NCBI GenBank assembly: GCA_032718475.1
Contig: JAUCBJ010006160.1
Location: 1-38,527 of the forward strand
Origin: Nemertoderma westbladi
Lineage: Eukaryota > Animalia > Xenacoelomorpha
Reading direction: 5' to 3'
DNA: 38,527 nucleotides
How positions within the stretch are numbered: the stretch's first letter is position 1; every line of letters starts with the position of its first letter. Positions 12,979-23,819 of this stretch are shown here, piece after piece. A model generated the notes under the pieces. That model was not told the origin of the DNA. It did no database searches and saw nothing but the letters and a program-made list of their open reading frames with translations. Made by a program: the position numbers and the translations under genes.

Positions 12979-14209
12979 TGTTAGGGGATTAGGGATGATC
13001 ATCCCTTATTCCTTTGTATGGTTTACTTATCTCTGTCAGTTTTATTTATCTGTAAGTGTAATATTGAGCAGAACTGCAGAAGGCGTGTAAGCCTGCTCAG
13101 ATTGTATAAATAATTTGTAGGCTGGATTGTTGTCTGGCTGTTGTTAGGTCTGAAGAGATTGCAGTGTGTGTAGAGTGTCTGTCCGATAAAGTGCTAGTTA
13201 GGAAGGTGGGGGCATCCAGTGTTGTAAGGTAAATCCCCTCCGAAGGAATAAGTCGTACTACTCGGTTAGAATCAGAGATAATTAATCGCTGCTTTAAATG
13301 AAATAGAAATGTTATGAACGTGACTTTTGTTTGAAAGTTTTGTATATTGCTCAAAATCCCTTTGATTTTGGAGGCGTGAAATTTGAACTGTAAATCTGCA
13401 GGTTATCCAGAACTTATATTAGTTGAGACCATACTGCTGTAATCAACTGGGAGGCTGTATCAGACCGTTCCTTTCGATTATTCGCAACATACACAACCCC
13501 AAGTTTATTCCTACAGTAATTGTGCTTGTTATACATACCGTTATAGTTAAATTAACCCCAGTACTACATCAGGGCTGCTTGGCGTAGGTAAAGACTGGTG
13601 ATTTTATGCTCTAGTCACTCCAGCAGATACCGTGGTTCTTTTAGCTGTACAAGTATTTTTAACTGCTGTTATTTGTTGTATAAGTACTTGTACCTAATTT
13701 AGGGTTTAGTGTACAGTGCTTTCCGAAGGTAATTAGTGTGTAGGCAGTATATTTGTGTTGTAAAGTGGTTAATAGGCACGTTAGCTCTGGTTGGCTGCGG
13801 TAATTAACTTCTAGGTAGGGACACTCCGGGTACATAACGTAGTACTTATAGAGCTGTAAAGCTAGAGACTATAAGTCGTCAGACGGTGGTATTTTCTTAT
13901 CTAGACAACGCAGTATATTTACTACTGCTTTATTATTTTCAAATACCGTAGTATCCTGTCCGTTTGTAATAACCAGAAATTCTAACCCCTTGTTAGGCTG
14001 GTTTGTAGATTTCCTGTAAAATACCCTAAAATTTGTACGTGTAATTTTTGTGTTTATTAGAGATTGTAATCTCACCCCGTAATTGTACGTAATTTGCAGT
14101 AATAAGTAACTTAGTAAATTAGAATTATTTGTTTTAGTGTCCAATAAGTAGCACTCCACTGAGAGCGTTCAGCTTCTGTGAAGTGACTCCTTACCTAGAA
14201 ATAATAACA
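12979..14209 (+). mobile_element. Probable 5' LTR/leader of the plus-strand BEL element
   Basis: Starts TGTTAGGGG (12979), is non-coding, and has ...AATAACA at 14209 just before the gag start. An alternative end lies near 13488. No 3' LTR is available to confirm. Confidence 0.4.
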
Positions 14210-14243
14210 TTTATTTCAAACTGAAGTCTATTGTCGAGACGCA

Positions 14244-17200
14244 ATGGAACTTCCCCGGACCCAGACTCCCGTTTAACTTGTCGGAAGCTGCCTGGGAGGA
14301 CTTATACAGGATGGGAGTGGTAAAGGACACTAGAGATCCAGCTGTGTGGAAGAGGTCGGCAGCCGGATATGTACAGGGATTCTTCAGCTCTTTGGAGCGA
14401 TTAGAGGAACAACTGTTTCAACAACCCCAAGGACCTCAAGAGCAGGGAGAGCTGCTATATCAAGTTCGAGAACGAATCCTAAGAATTAGACTAATCCTTT
14501 CGGCCTTTGAGGAAGCCTCGAAGAGAAGCCAAGACACGTCGTTGCAAGTTGCCGTAAAGACTTGGTTCCAACGGGTGAGTCTTAAAGTCCAAGGAACAAC
14601 CCAATGGAAAATTCAGCTGGCTGAACGCTCAACCCATGGAGAATCAACAGACGCTACCTTTTCTCAAGTGGAAAGCGAAGCGACATTGGAGAAACTTCAG
14701 AAGAAGGACGCTATTGACATCTATCTGTCGGACTATCAACGATTTATAGGTGACAAAGAGTTGAGGAGACGGCTGGCTGGACTTCGCCCTACTAGTGAAG
14801 GAGCTAAGTTTGTGTTGGACGCATTAGATGCGGAAATGTTAGCTGCGAACCAAGCTAAATTTGATGAATGCATACGCATCGCTAGGGTCCAAGAAGAACA
14901 AGTAAAGAAAAAACGTATAGAAGACCGAAAGGCGGCAGCAGCGGCAGCGGCAGAAGTTGAAAGAAAAGCGGCAGCGGCAGAGGCAGAGGCTGAAAGAAAA
15001 GCGGCAGCGGCAGAGGCAGAGGCTGAAAGAAAGGTAGCAGCGGCAGAAGCGGAAAGAAAAGCGGCAGAGGCAGTGGCAGAAGCAGAATGGAGGGCGTCTG
15101 AAGAGACAACCCAACTAGAGTTGGAAAATCTTCAAGAGAAGCAAGACTACATCGATAAACAGAGAACAGCTAGTCAGTGGCAGATGATAAGTCGATGTAC
15201 TCCCAAGAGACAGGGATTTACATCATCTGATGAAGGCGATACAACAGATCCTGAAGGCGGAGGAAATAGATCTCGTCCCAGCAGGCGTAGAAGAACGCCC
15301 CACCGTCAGAAATTGCCTAATTTGCCCCCAGCTGTGAGAAGGCAACTAGCTAGCACAGACTTAGGTAGTACAGAACCCACAGACCAAATTATTAGAGTAG
15401 AAAGACTCCCTACTATAGTAGATGAGCCTGAAATAATTAGGCCTGTTCTCGAAGCCACCCCTTCGGTGATAGAGACACCTGTACTCCCAGAACCTACCTC
15501 TAAATTCCCTTTGCACAGTACTAAACTAATTGTGCCCAGTAGAACAGCGCCTGAGACAATTCCTGTCCTGAACGCTGAGCGAGACATCAACGATTTATCG
15601 CCCGTCGTCCCTCGTCTACCCGCTACTATGTTGGCGGCTCCCGCTTCGGCGGTCGAATGGGTGGATGAGGGACGGCGGGGGATGGATCTCCTGCTCGGGC
15701 AGATGCAGGAGACTGTTCAACAGTTCAAGGGAACAGTAAGGGAAAATAGGTTAGAGTTGCAAGAAGTGCAGCAGAGTATCGCGTTAGAACGCGATAAATT
15801 AGTAAATATACAAAGGGGTATACCACCACCCCCTGTAACAATGTGTCAACCTGCAGGTCTGAAGTATTTCATGCGCAAGGTGTGGAGCCTACACGCATCT
15901 ATACTGCTAGTGAAGTAGAAACTCCTATAGTAAACCCTATTAAGGGTAATTATAAACCTGTTGACAATGATATTCCATGTAGACCTGATCATAATCCAAG
16001 AAATTTATATACCGATAACTCGATATTAAATAACACAATGGCCCAAGAAAGTTTTACGCGTCAAATGGCTAGAACCGAAGCCCGTCAAGCGGTAAAGGTG
16101 GGAGAGATCGTCAAGTTCAATGGAGATGAGATGAAATGGTTTCCTTTTAATGAATATTACAAAGATAACATACAGAACTCTGTACTATCTAACGGAGATA
16201 AACTAAGATTCCTCATCGAGTGCTTGGAAGGACCTCCCAAGTTAATGGCGTTGAAGTTTATTGGATATCCAGATGGATTAAGACAAGTTTGGGATACACT
16301 AAACATCAGGTATGGTAATAGGACAAACATAGCTAGGTATTTGTATGCGAAATTAGTAGTGCCCCGAAAGTTCCTTAGCAGCGGGATTATAGAGTTTTCC
16401 GATGAGATTTAGGAGATCTGTAGACAATTAGACTGGTTGGGTAAGTCTCATGAATACCAGAATTCTATGGTTGTAGGAGCCTTAGCATCAACTTTGCCAA
16501 AGGGTGGAGTAGGTACTCGCTGGGACAAAAAGGTTCTCTATTTGATGGACCAACAACATAGAGATCCAACCATGACGGACCTTCTGTCATTCTTAAACCG
16601 AGAGGTAAGATTACAACTCCTAAAACAGTCTAGAGAGAAGACTCCTGAAAGTGATGTAAGTGAAAAACCCGTTTCTAGGAGAAAGGTAACACCAGTGTGT
16701 TATACAGACGACGGTTAAAGCCAAACCTCCCACGAGGAGAACAGCGGGAAAGACACCGAAAAATCTTACTATGTCAACAAAGCACCTAAAGACGTAAGTA
16801 AATTTAAGTCTCGAACCAGTGACAGGAGAGAACAGACAACAAAAACTCCTCCCACGTCTCCTAAGAGAATTCATGGAAGAAAGCCCGAGGAAAGAACAAG
16901 TGTGCACCACACAGCACAGGTTAAAGTAAGTAACATCAAGCCCAAATGTGTATTGTGTGACGGGCCCCATCGCTTGAGTGGGTGTGATGAATTCTTAAAG
17001 AAATCCCTAAAGGATAGACGTGATGTCATGTGGGATAAGCGGTTGTGTTATAATTGTCTCAGACGAGGACACCAACGGCGGACCTGTTACTCAGATGCTC
17101 GGTGTGCTAAGTGCGGCGCGAAACATCATATCTTGCTGCACACAGAATTTGAAAGAACCCGCACGAGTCAGGTAAGTGAGCCCGAACTACATGTCCAATT

Positions 17201-17760
17201 CAGTGATGTGAACGACACTGACCACAGCTCTGAGATGGAAGGATTCTACACGGACGAATTCTCCGACGAAAACGAATCCTGCTATATGATAAACACCGCG
17301 GTGTATCGAGCGCTTACGTATGAGACTGAAACCGATAGCGAGCTCCCCCTAACTATTCCGGACCGACAACCATCTTGGAAAGCGCCAACTTCCAACGTAG
17401 GAATCCGGGAATTTCCCGTAGTGCAGTTGAGAGTCCACGGGTTAAAAAAGAGCTATATAGTGAACGCCCTCCTTGACTCCGGCAGCACAGGAACATTCAT
17501 CGACAAAGAACTAGCCGAAGACATCTTTGCTGGACAACCCAAGTTCCGAACTAAGTTGAACCTTTCAGGAATTATGCAGGTTTGGAAATCTACAGTAGCT
17601 ACAGACTACTATGTAGGCGCGTTATCCACCCCCCAGGATGAACTAGGAGAACACAGTATAAGGTCAGTAAAAATGGTGGCGATAAAGAACTTCGCTACCA
17701 GCCAAGTGGAACCTAGTCAGCCCCAATCTCATCTACGAACTTCACCGTCAAGGGCACATC
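14244..17760 (+). mobile_element. BEL/Pao retrotransposon gag-protease, disrupted and 3'-truncated
   Basis: ORFs 14278-15918, 15843-16412 (KFNGDEMKWFPF..DKLRFLIECLEGPP..WDTLNIRYGN), 16437-16718 and 16902-17765. The last has the BEL triple knuckle (CVLCDGPHRLSGC, CYNCLRRGHQRRTC, CAKCGAKHHILLH) and an aspartic protease motif, ALLDSGS. The ATG at 14244 is one base out of frame. Confidence 0.92.
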
Positions 17761-17777
17761 TATAAATCCCTCTTGTA

Positions 17778-18018
17778 TTCGAACGAGTTTGCAAAAGTCG
17801 GAGGAACAAAAAAAATAGATTACAAAAAACAATCTTTTGTTTTCCCAAGTTTTGTAAAGTCGTTCGAACGAGTTTGCAAAAGTCGGGGAAACAAACTTGA
17901 TTGGGTGTTTGTTGGTATAAAAACCAATCAAGCCAATTAGATTTGTTTCCCCAAGTTTTGTAAAGTCGTTTGAATGAGTTTGCAAAAGTCGAGGGAACTA
18001 AAAAAAGATTACAAAAAT
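17778..18018. repeat. Cluster of three palindromic repeats at the BEL truncation point
   Basis: TTCGAACGAGTTTGCAAAAGTCG-like motif at 17778, 17863 and 17969. The middle copy is centred on the perfect palindrome TCGTTCGAACGA. Confidence 0.75.
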
Positions 18019-18937
18019 TGGCCGCTCTGGGCCACCGTAGTATCTCGGTATCTAGAAGACGCATCAAATTTATAAATACTGTATATCAAAATACCGATAT
18101 ATTAAGGTAACTGATGCCAAATCTACTACAGGGAAATGTAATAATATCCATTAATGTTAGCGAAGATTTTTCACATAATAAAATTGGGATTGCTCTATTG
18201 AATGTAAGTGTAATGTATTTATTTGTTTAGTTTACAATAGTGTATCATATGGTTGGGAATTTTTGTGGGAATAAGGGTTTTTGGGGTGGACAAATCTGAA
18301 GGGCCTGATGACATACCCCCATTTTTTAGAGAAGTAGTGATAATAAGCTTCACATTTTTTAAAAATGGTATTAAAATGAGGAAATTATAATACAAATTTC
18401 CGTTGCCTCAGAATCTAAATTGGTAACTATGTAGTCATGCATAGTTCAATCAAACGATAGTCATTGGACTAAAGTTTGTCTACGCCAAACTTGGAGAAAA
18501 TCCCACCTATAAAGCCCTTGTTGCTATGTAAAATCCATGTTGCTAAGGAAAGAAACAGGAAATTGAACGTGATCCGCATAATATATTTTTATAGACTTTT
18601 TTGGTGTATTAACAAGTTAATATAGAATAGCAAAATAGGTTTGGATGAATTGCGAATTTGTTATGGGTTGACCCCCTTTATGGTTAGATTGACTCGCCCA
18701 ATAGGCCTAGTTATTCTTCCCGATTCAATATCTTTCAACAAATTACATAACAAATTAACTTTTTACAGATGATAACCATTATGGTATGCTATATAGAGAT
18801 CTCAATATAGCATTCTAGATAGCATACAGTAGATATCTCTAAAATATAGCATTCGATGAAACCATTTAAATGAAAAAAACAAGGTATATCATACAATATT
18901 ACATAAAGATATCGTATTTCATTTTTGTTATAACAAA

Positions 18938-19270
18938 ATGCATCACGGAGAGGTGAACGACGAATATAGACTATCTGCTAATGCCACGGTAAAAAATGTG
19001 TTGATACAGTTAAAAAATGAAATACACAACTTGGAAGAAGAACGTAAGGTGAAACAGGCTGCCTCAGGCAACCTGCGCTGTGCGACGAATGAATGCAAAG
19101 AACAATGCGAAGATCTAGAGAGGAATATCGTCCGTCTTAAAAAACAACTGGAATTATCAGAAGAGAAAGTGAAACATATATCCATGGAAGTTGATCACCG
19201 CGAAAAGACTCAGGAACTGAGTGATACATCGTATTCCTACATTAGTAGTGCTGAGGAAACCCGATTTTAA
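18938..19270 (+). CDS. Hypothetical 110-aa coiled-coil protein or exon
   Basis: ATG in an AAAATG context, heptad-like E/K/L-rich sequence (VLIQLKNEIHNLEEERK; CEDLERNIVRLKKQLELSEEKVK), and ATTAAA about 40 nt after the stop. No recognisable family. Confidence 0.4.
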   Translation: MHHGEVNDEYRLSANATVKNVLIQLKNEIHNLEEERKVKQAASGNLRCATNECKEQCEDLERNIVRLKKQLELSEEKVKHISMEVDHREKTQELSDTSYSYISSAEETRF

Positions 19271-19605
19271 ATCACTGCTGTGTCAACTATTTAGGCATAC
19301 AGTACAATTAAAGTGCATCAAAAAAGTAAAGCGCCGCAAATTGCTCTCTCCCACCTTAACTTACTTTACTAACTATTAAGATTTATAATCTAGCATTTTA
19401 CAAGATTACAGAGCGAGGAGTTTTGATATCTAAGGATAAGCGTCAGCGAGGATTTTAATTTAGGTGCTAGATTATGACTTGGAGGATCTAATTTTATTCG
19501 AAAATGAAAATAATTAATTAAAATAATGGGCAATCGTCCTCAGGGGGGTTATTCTCCCTCCATATACCTCAGTAATCGGTGTGGTTGACATTGCTGATCT
19601 GTGCG

Positions 19606-19915
19606 GATAATAATAATAATATTGATTATTTATATAGCTATTTTCTACGCTCGGGATACTCAAAGCGCTTTTATTATCATTACCCCAGCAAAGCCAGGTT
19701 GCTGGGTTGGCGTAGGCACTAATATCTAAGGTGTCTTGCCTAGGGACACAACAGTGCGAAATTTCTACAAACCTTTAGTCGGATTCGAACCTGCGCCACC
19801 AAACACTATTGTGTAAAGAAGTTCAGGCGCCATATCCACTCGGTCGTATCCACTCGGCCGTATCCACTCGGCCGTATCCACTCGGTCGTATCCACTCGGC
19901 CGTATCCACTCGGCC
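19606..19915 (-). mobile_element. tRNA-derived SINE with a CORE-like central motif and an L2-type 3' tail
   Basis: Minus strand: A-box-like GGCCGAGTGG (repeated), B box GGTTCGAATCC (19781-19791), GTGTCCCTAGGCAAGACACCT (similar to the MIR/CORE motif), then AAAGCGCTTTGAG..GCTATATAAAT and a (TTA)n tail. Confidence 0.8.
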
Positions 19916-20099
19916 GAGTCCTGTTAGCTCTAGGGTTTCCTAACCCCAAACCCGCTAGCTATGGTGACCGAATCATTCAACTTATTTCTACAATCCCACC
20001 AAATGTTTTGGGTTTCTCTTTATCTCGGGGTTCGACAGCCATCTTCCAAGAACTGGGTGGATGTCTTGGGTTATCAGGGGTGGTGGGCAACATCACAGG

Positions 20100-20745
20100 G
20101 CAAAGACAATCTTAGGGAGGATAAGCAGGAGCGAAGAAGGGCGGTCTCAATTTGAAAGTCCTGCAGCTCTGGGAGACAAGCAATCAATTAACTACCTTAT
20201 TCACCTGCCTTATTATGTCTACTTCCTTGCAAATAAATGCAGGGCCAATGGGGGCCCCGAGCAGTGTAAGACCGACTGACAGGGTGTGGATGAATGAGAA
20301 TGGTGGGAAAGTGTTTAGGGAGGGTTTGTCATTGCATTGTCTGGAAGGAAGTCCTGGGATTTGGAGCAATTCAGGTGCAAGCCCCGGGTTGAAACTTCCT
20401 GCTTCAGGATCCTGGTCTAACATAGAGTGTGCCATCATCAAGGTACCACCCATTGATGTCCAAGATGGGGATTGTCTCGTTGATGGTATCCACTAATGGG
20501 TGTAGGGTGATGGCAAACCCCAAGGGGCCGTGTCAAGTGGGTCACACTGCTAACCCGACTCTGCAGCTTGAGGATCTGGCGGTTGCCCATCCAGGAGTAT
20601 ATACAGCCGAGACACCATAACAATCCTCCATCCAATTAGATATGCAAGGGATGACCCACTCACTGATTTCAGCAAACATCAACGATCTGACAATCGAGTT
20701 GAAAACATTCCTGAAATCAACGACTTCTTCAGTTCTTGGGAAATG
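20100..20745 (-). mobile_element. Decayed CRE-like non-LTR retrotransposon RT fragment
   Basis: Manual translation across frameshifts gives VDFRNVFNSI, Q.DPL.GPLGFAITLHPLV, INGWYLDDGTL and LTLLGAPIG. These are RT motifs typical of the CRE clade. Confidence 0.75.
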
Positions 20746-21015
20746 GCTCCAAATTTGTTTTTACTTTCTTGTGGGACTGTCAGCCAGGGCTGCAGGGGGG
20801 CTTGTCGTGAAACTATAGGCCTATCACTGTATCAGCACCGGTCAGCCGGCAGGCCGGTATACCTGTGCTGTATCCAGGTATCAGTACTGCAGTACAGCAG
20901 TAGCTGTACTGCTGTACTGCAGTATATTGATATTCTGATATTGTTGGCCTGCCTTGCCTGTTGCCCACGGTACAAATTTTGACCTGCCAGCCTGCTTAGA
21001 CTGAAATATGCTGAT

Positions 21016-22314
21016 ATGGCGAATTATGATTATTTGCCCAATGGTACTGTCACAATCAACGGGGTGTCGACCCAGACCACCGATACAAACTCATATCTAC
21101 CTCAAATGGAAGTCGGTCTGCAAATGACAAAACTCTCCATAAAACGCAAACCCGAGAAACGCCACGTCTGGGTAAACAACGCGACACGCCAGTTGCTATG
21201 GGGCAAACCCAGCTCCCGTGGCAACGGTAGGGGCGCCGCCGACGGCGGGGTGGACCTCTGCGACGTGAAGGAAGTTCGTCGCGGTTGGCACGACTTCCAC
21301 GAATCGAACCGCTCCACGGGCGACCCTCGACTTCCGGTCCGACAGACTTTCTCGGTCTTACACGGCACCGGTTTTGTCCTCTCAAGCACCGCTTTCACCG
21401 CCCCTTCCGAGAACGACGCCGCCTTCTGGGTAGCTGGAATCAACTCGATAGTTTCCGATTCGCTAATCGCTGATTACCGAACTCGAGTTAAACGCTGGCT
21501 TCGCAAAGAGTTCCAGCACCTTTGCATCTCTAACGAAAAAGAAAACCTCCAACCTAAGAACGTGAACGCCTCATTGAAACAGTTTATTTCCCGGGTCAGT
21601 TACAAAAGGAGTTTCTCTTCCTCCCACGTCCAACAACTCGTATCATCGTTGCATAACGGAAAGACCGACTTTGCATTTTCGGACTTCCTAGAGTTTTATC
21701 TCGGGTTGGTTTACGAGGAGTCGATATTCCTATTCGTCGCTTCGTCGTACTCGGGTTGCCGTGGTTGCTCCGAGGGTCTCACGACGGAAGAGTTCTCGAG
21801 ATTCCTCGCCACGGAGCAATTTGAACTCGAATCCGATATCGACCGCGTTGAGTCGCTAATGTGCCGATTCGTCGACGATTCCCGAACCGATTCCGACGTT
21901 ATCTTCCTCACCCGCAGCGAGTTCCTCGACTATTTATTCTCATCCACCAACTCGATCCTCGACCCGCGTCGCCCCGCGCACGACATGTCTCTTCCTCTCT
22001 GCGACTACTGGATCGCGACTTCGCACAACACATACCTCGGTTCCGACCAGTTCTACGGCGAGAGTTCAGTCGAGTGTTACGCACGCGCGTTACGTGCCGG
22101 TTGTCGGTGCGTGGAGCTGGACTGCTGGGACGGACCCACAGGCAGTCCCATTATATACCACGGTCGGACACTCACGTCGAAGCTCGCCTTCCTCGACGCT
22201 CTCAATGCCATCAACGCAAACGCTTTTGTCGCATCTCCATTCCCTTTGATTCTCTCCATTGAGGATCATTGCGGATTGGCTCAACAACGCGTTATGGCCA
22301 GCCAATTCGTAAAG
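21016..22314 (+). CDS. PLCG: Phospholipase C-gamma, exon 1 (PH domain, EF hands, most of the X box)
   Basis: N-terminal PH (EVGLQMT..KPEKR..TRQLLW..VDLCDVKEVRRG), RWLRKEF, X box YWIATSHNTYL..GCRCVELDCWDG..IYHGRTLTSK..ILSIEDHC. Phase-0 donor AAG|GTGAGT at 22314/22315. Confidence 0.95.
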
Positions 22315-22337
22315 GTGAGTCGGGAAATTCGTTACGT

Positions 22338-22645
22338 TCCCCCGAACAGTAGCCCCCGACCCGGACTGAAGCACTCTGACCTGAAGTCTCCCCCCGGACA
22401 GTAACCCCCGCACAATAGCCAATACCCACCCGGATAGTAGCCCCCGGCCCGGTCATTAGCCCCCCCCCCCCCCCCCCTCCCCGTATTGTAGCCCCACCGG
22501 CCTGTTAGTAGCCCCCCGGACAGTAGCCCCCCCCCCCCGGACAGATTATAATAGCCCCCCGGCCCGCCCGGACAACAGCCCCGGACAGTAGCCCCCGGTC
22601 CGGACAGTAGCCCCCGGTCCGGACAGTTGTAGCCCCCCGAACAGT
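22338..22645. repeat. Intronic GC-rich GGACAGTAGCCCCC repeat cluster (probable transposon-derived repeat)
   Basis: About 10 or more degenerate copies of CCGGACAGTAGCCCCC with C runs. Confidence 0.7.
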
Positions 22646-23139
22646 TAAACCATAAACCTCAACAACATCAATTTTGGTTGTAAACAAAAAAATTTAGCAC
22701 CTCGTCCATTTGTCGTACGTCACCCAATGAAAATGTGCGAGGTTTATATCGTAAACATTTTTTAACTCTATTGTACCTGCATAAATTTCTAGATTCAGTG
22801 TAACAATTTATGGGCATTTCCACAGAAAATGGGACACGATATGAAATAAAAAAACTTTAAAAAATAAGCAATATGTCAAAATAAACTTAATAATAAAATA
22901 AGCAATATGTCATGGTTTAGGCATATTGGGTAAAATTTCATAAATTTTTCGAATTTGACAAAATTTACATTGATTTTAGGGTATAAAGTAGGAAATTTTG
23001 CGATTATATCGACCAAAAGGTACCAAAATTCAAGGCGAAATATTTTTTTTACTGTTTATCAATATAGGCTATCCTTGGTATCCAGCCGTAAAGGCACCGT
23101 AAATGTACCATAAAGGCTGTGATTTCAGTGAATGAAGTT

Positions 23140-23205
23140 TGTAACGTCCGACACATTGTAACGTCCGACACTTTGTAACGTCCGACACATTGTAACGTCC
23201 GACAT
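23140..23205. repeat. Four tandem 17-bp repeats (TGTAACGTCCGACACAT)
   Basis: Copies at 23140, 23157, 23174 and 23191. The motif recurs as AACGTCC(A/G)ACAC near 23489-23515. Confidence 0.85.
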
Positions 23206-23819
23206 ATTATTATTTTATGTATTTAAAGTCTAAATTGCAGTGTATAGTGTAAAAGGGATCAAAAAATAAAAAATAGGTTTCAATAATTGCGATTTACGAC
23301 TCAAAATTCACCCCTTAGTATTTTTATAATATATTTGGCAATTGTTGGTGAAATTTAAAACGGTTTTCAGATTCAGGATCTGCAGATAAAGGCGGTTCTA
23401 ACGATATCTAGATTTAATTCCAAAGACGAAAAATAAAGCCGACAAAATAAAGCCGACATAGGTGGCCAAATATTTCTAATTTTTATATAACGTCCAACAC
23501 GGAACGTCCGACACCATTCCGCACTTTAACTTTGAATTGCAAATGTCGGCTTCAAAGGATCTGCAGTGCAATTGCGAAAACCTTTTCAAAAAATAGAATA
23601 GTTGAGCTTTAATTTGAGCCCAACAATAATAACATACCAGTCTTCGGCATTAATTGAAATTAAAAAATGTCAAAAAACTGTGTAAGAAGAATAACGTTTC
23701 CCGTGATATTCTGAAAGATTAATAAATTGTCTCATTTATTCAAAGCAATCTGATGTCAAAATTATTATTATTAGTATTTTCGTAAATTTAAAGAAAACTC
23801 TACAATTTATTTCATTAAG

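Larger units (their letters stand above)
22315..23819 (+). other. Single 1505-bp GT-AG intron of PLC-gamma
   Basis: GTGAGT...TTTATTTCATTAAG. Splicing restores ..SQFVK|VFGDRLLT.., the usual end of the PLC X box. Confidence 0.9.

Noticed and set aside
22315-22404. C-terminal 29 aa of ORF 21016-22404 (VSREIRYVPP...)
   Set aside because: This is read-through into the intron. PLC similarity stops at the GTGAGT donor and resumes at 23820.
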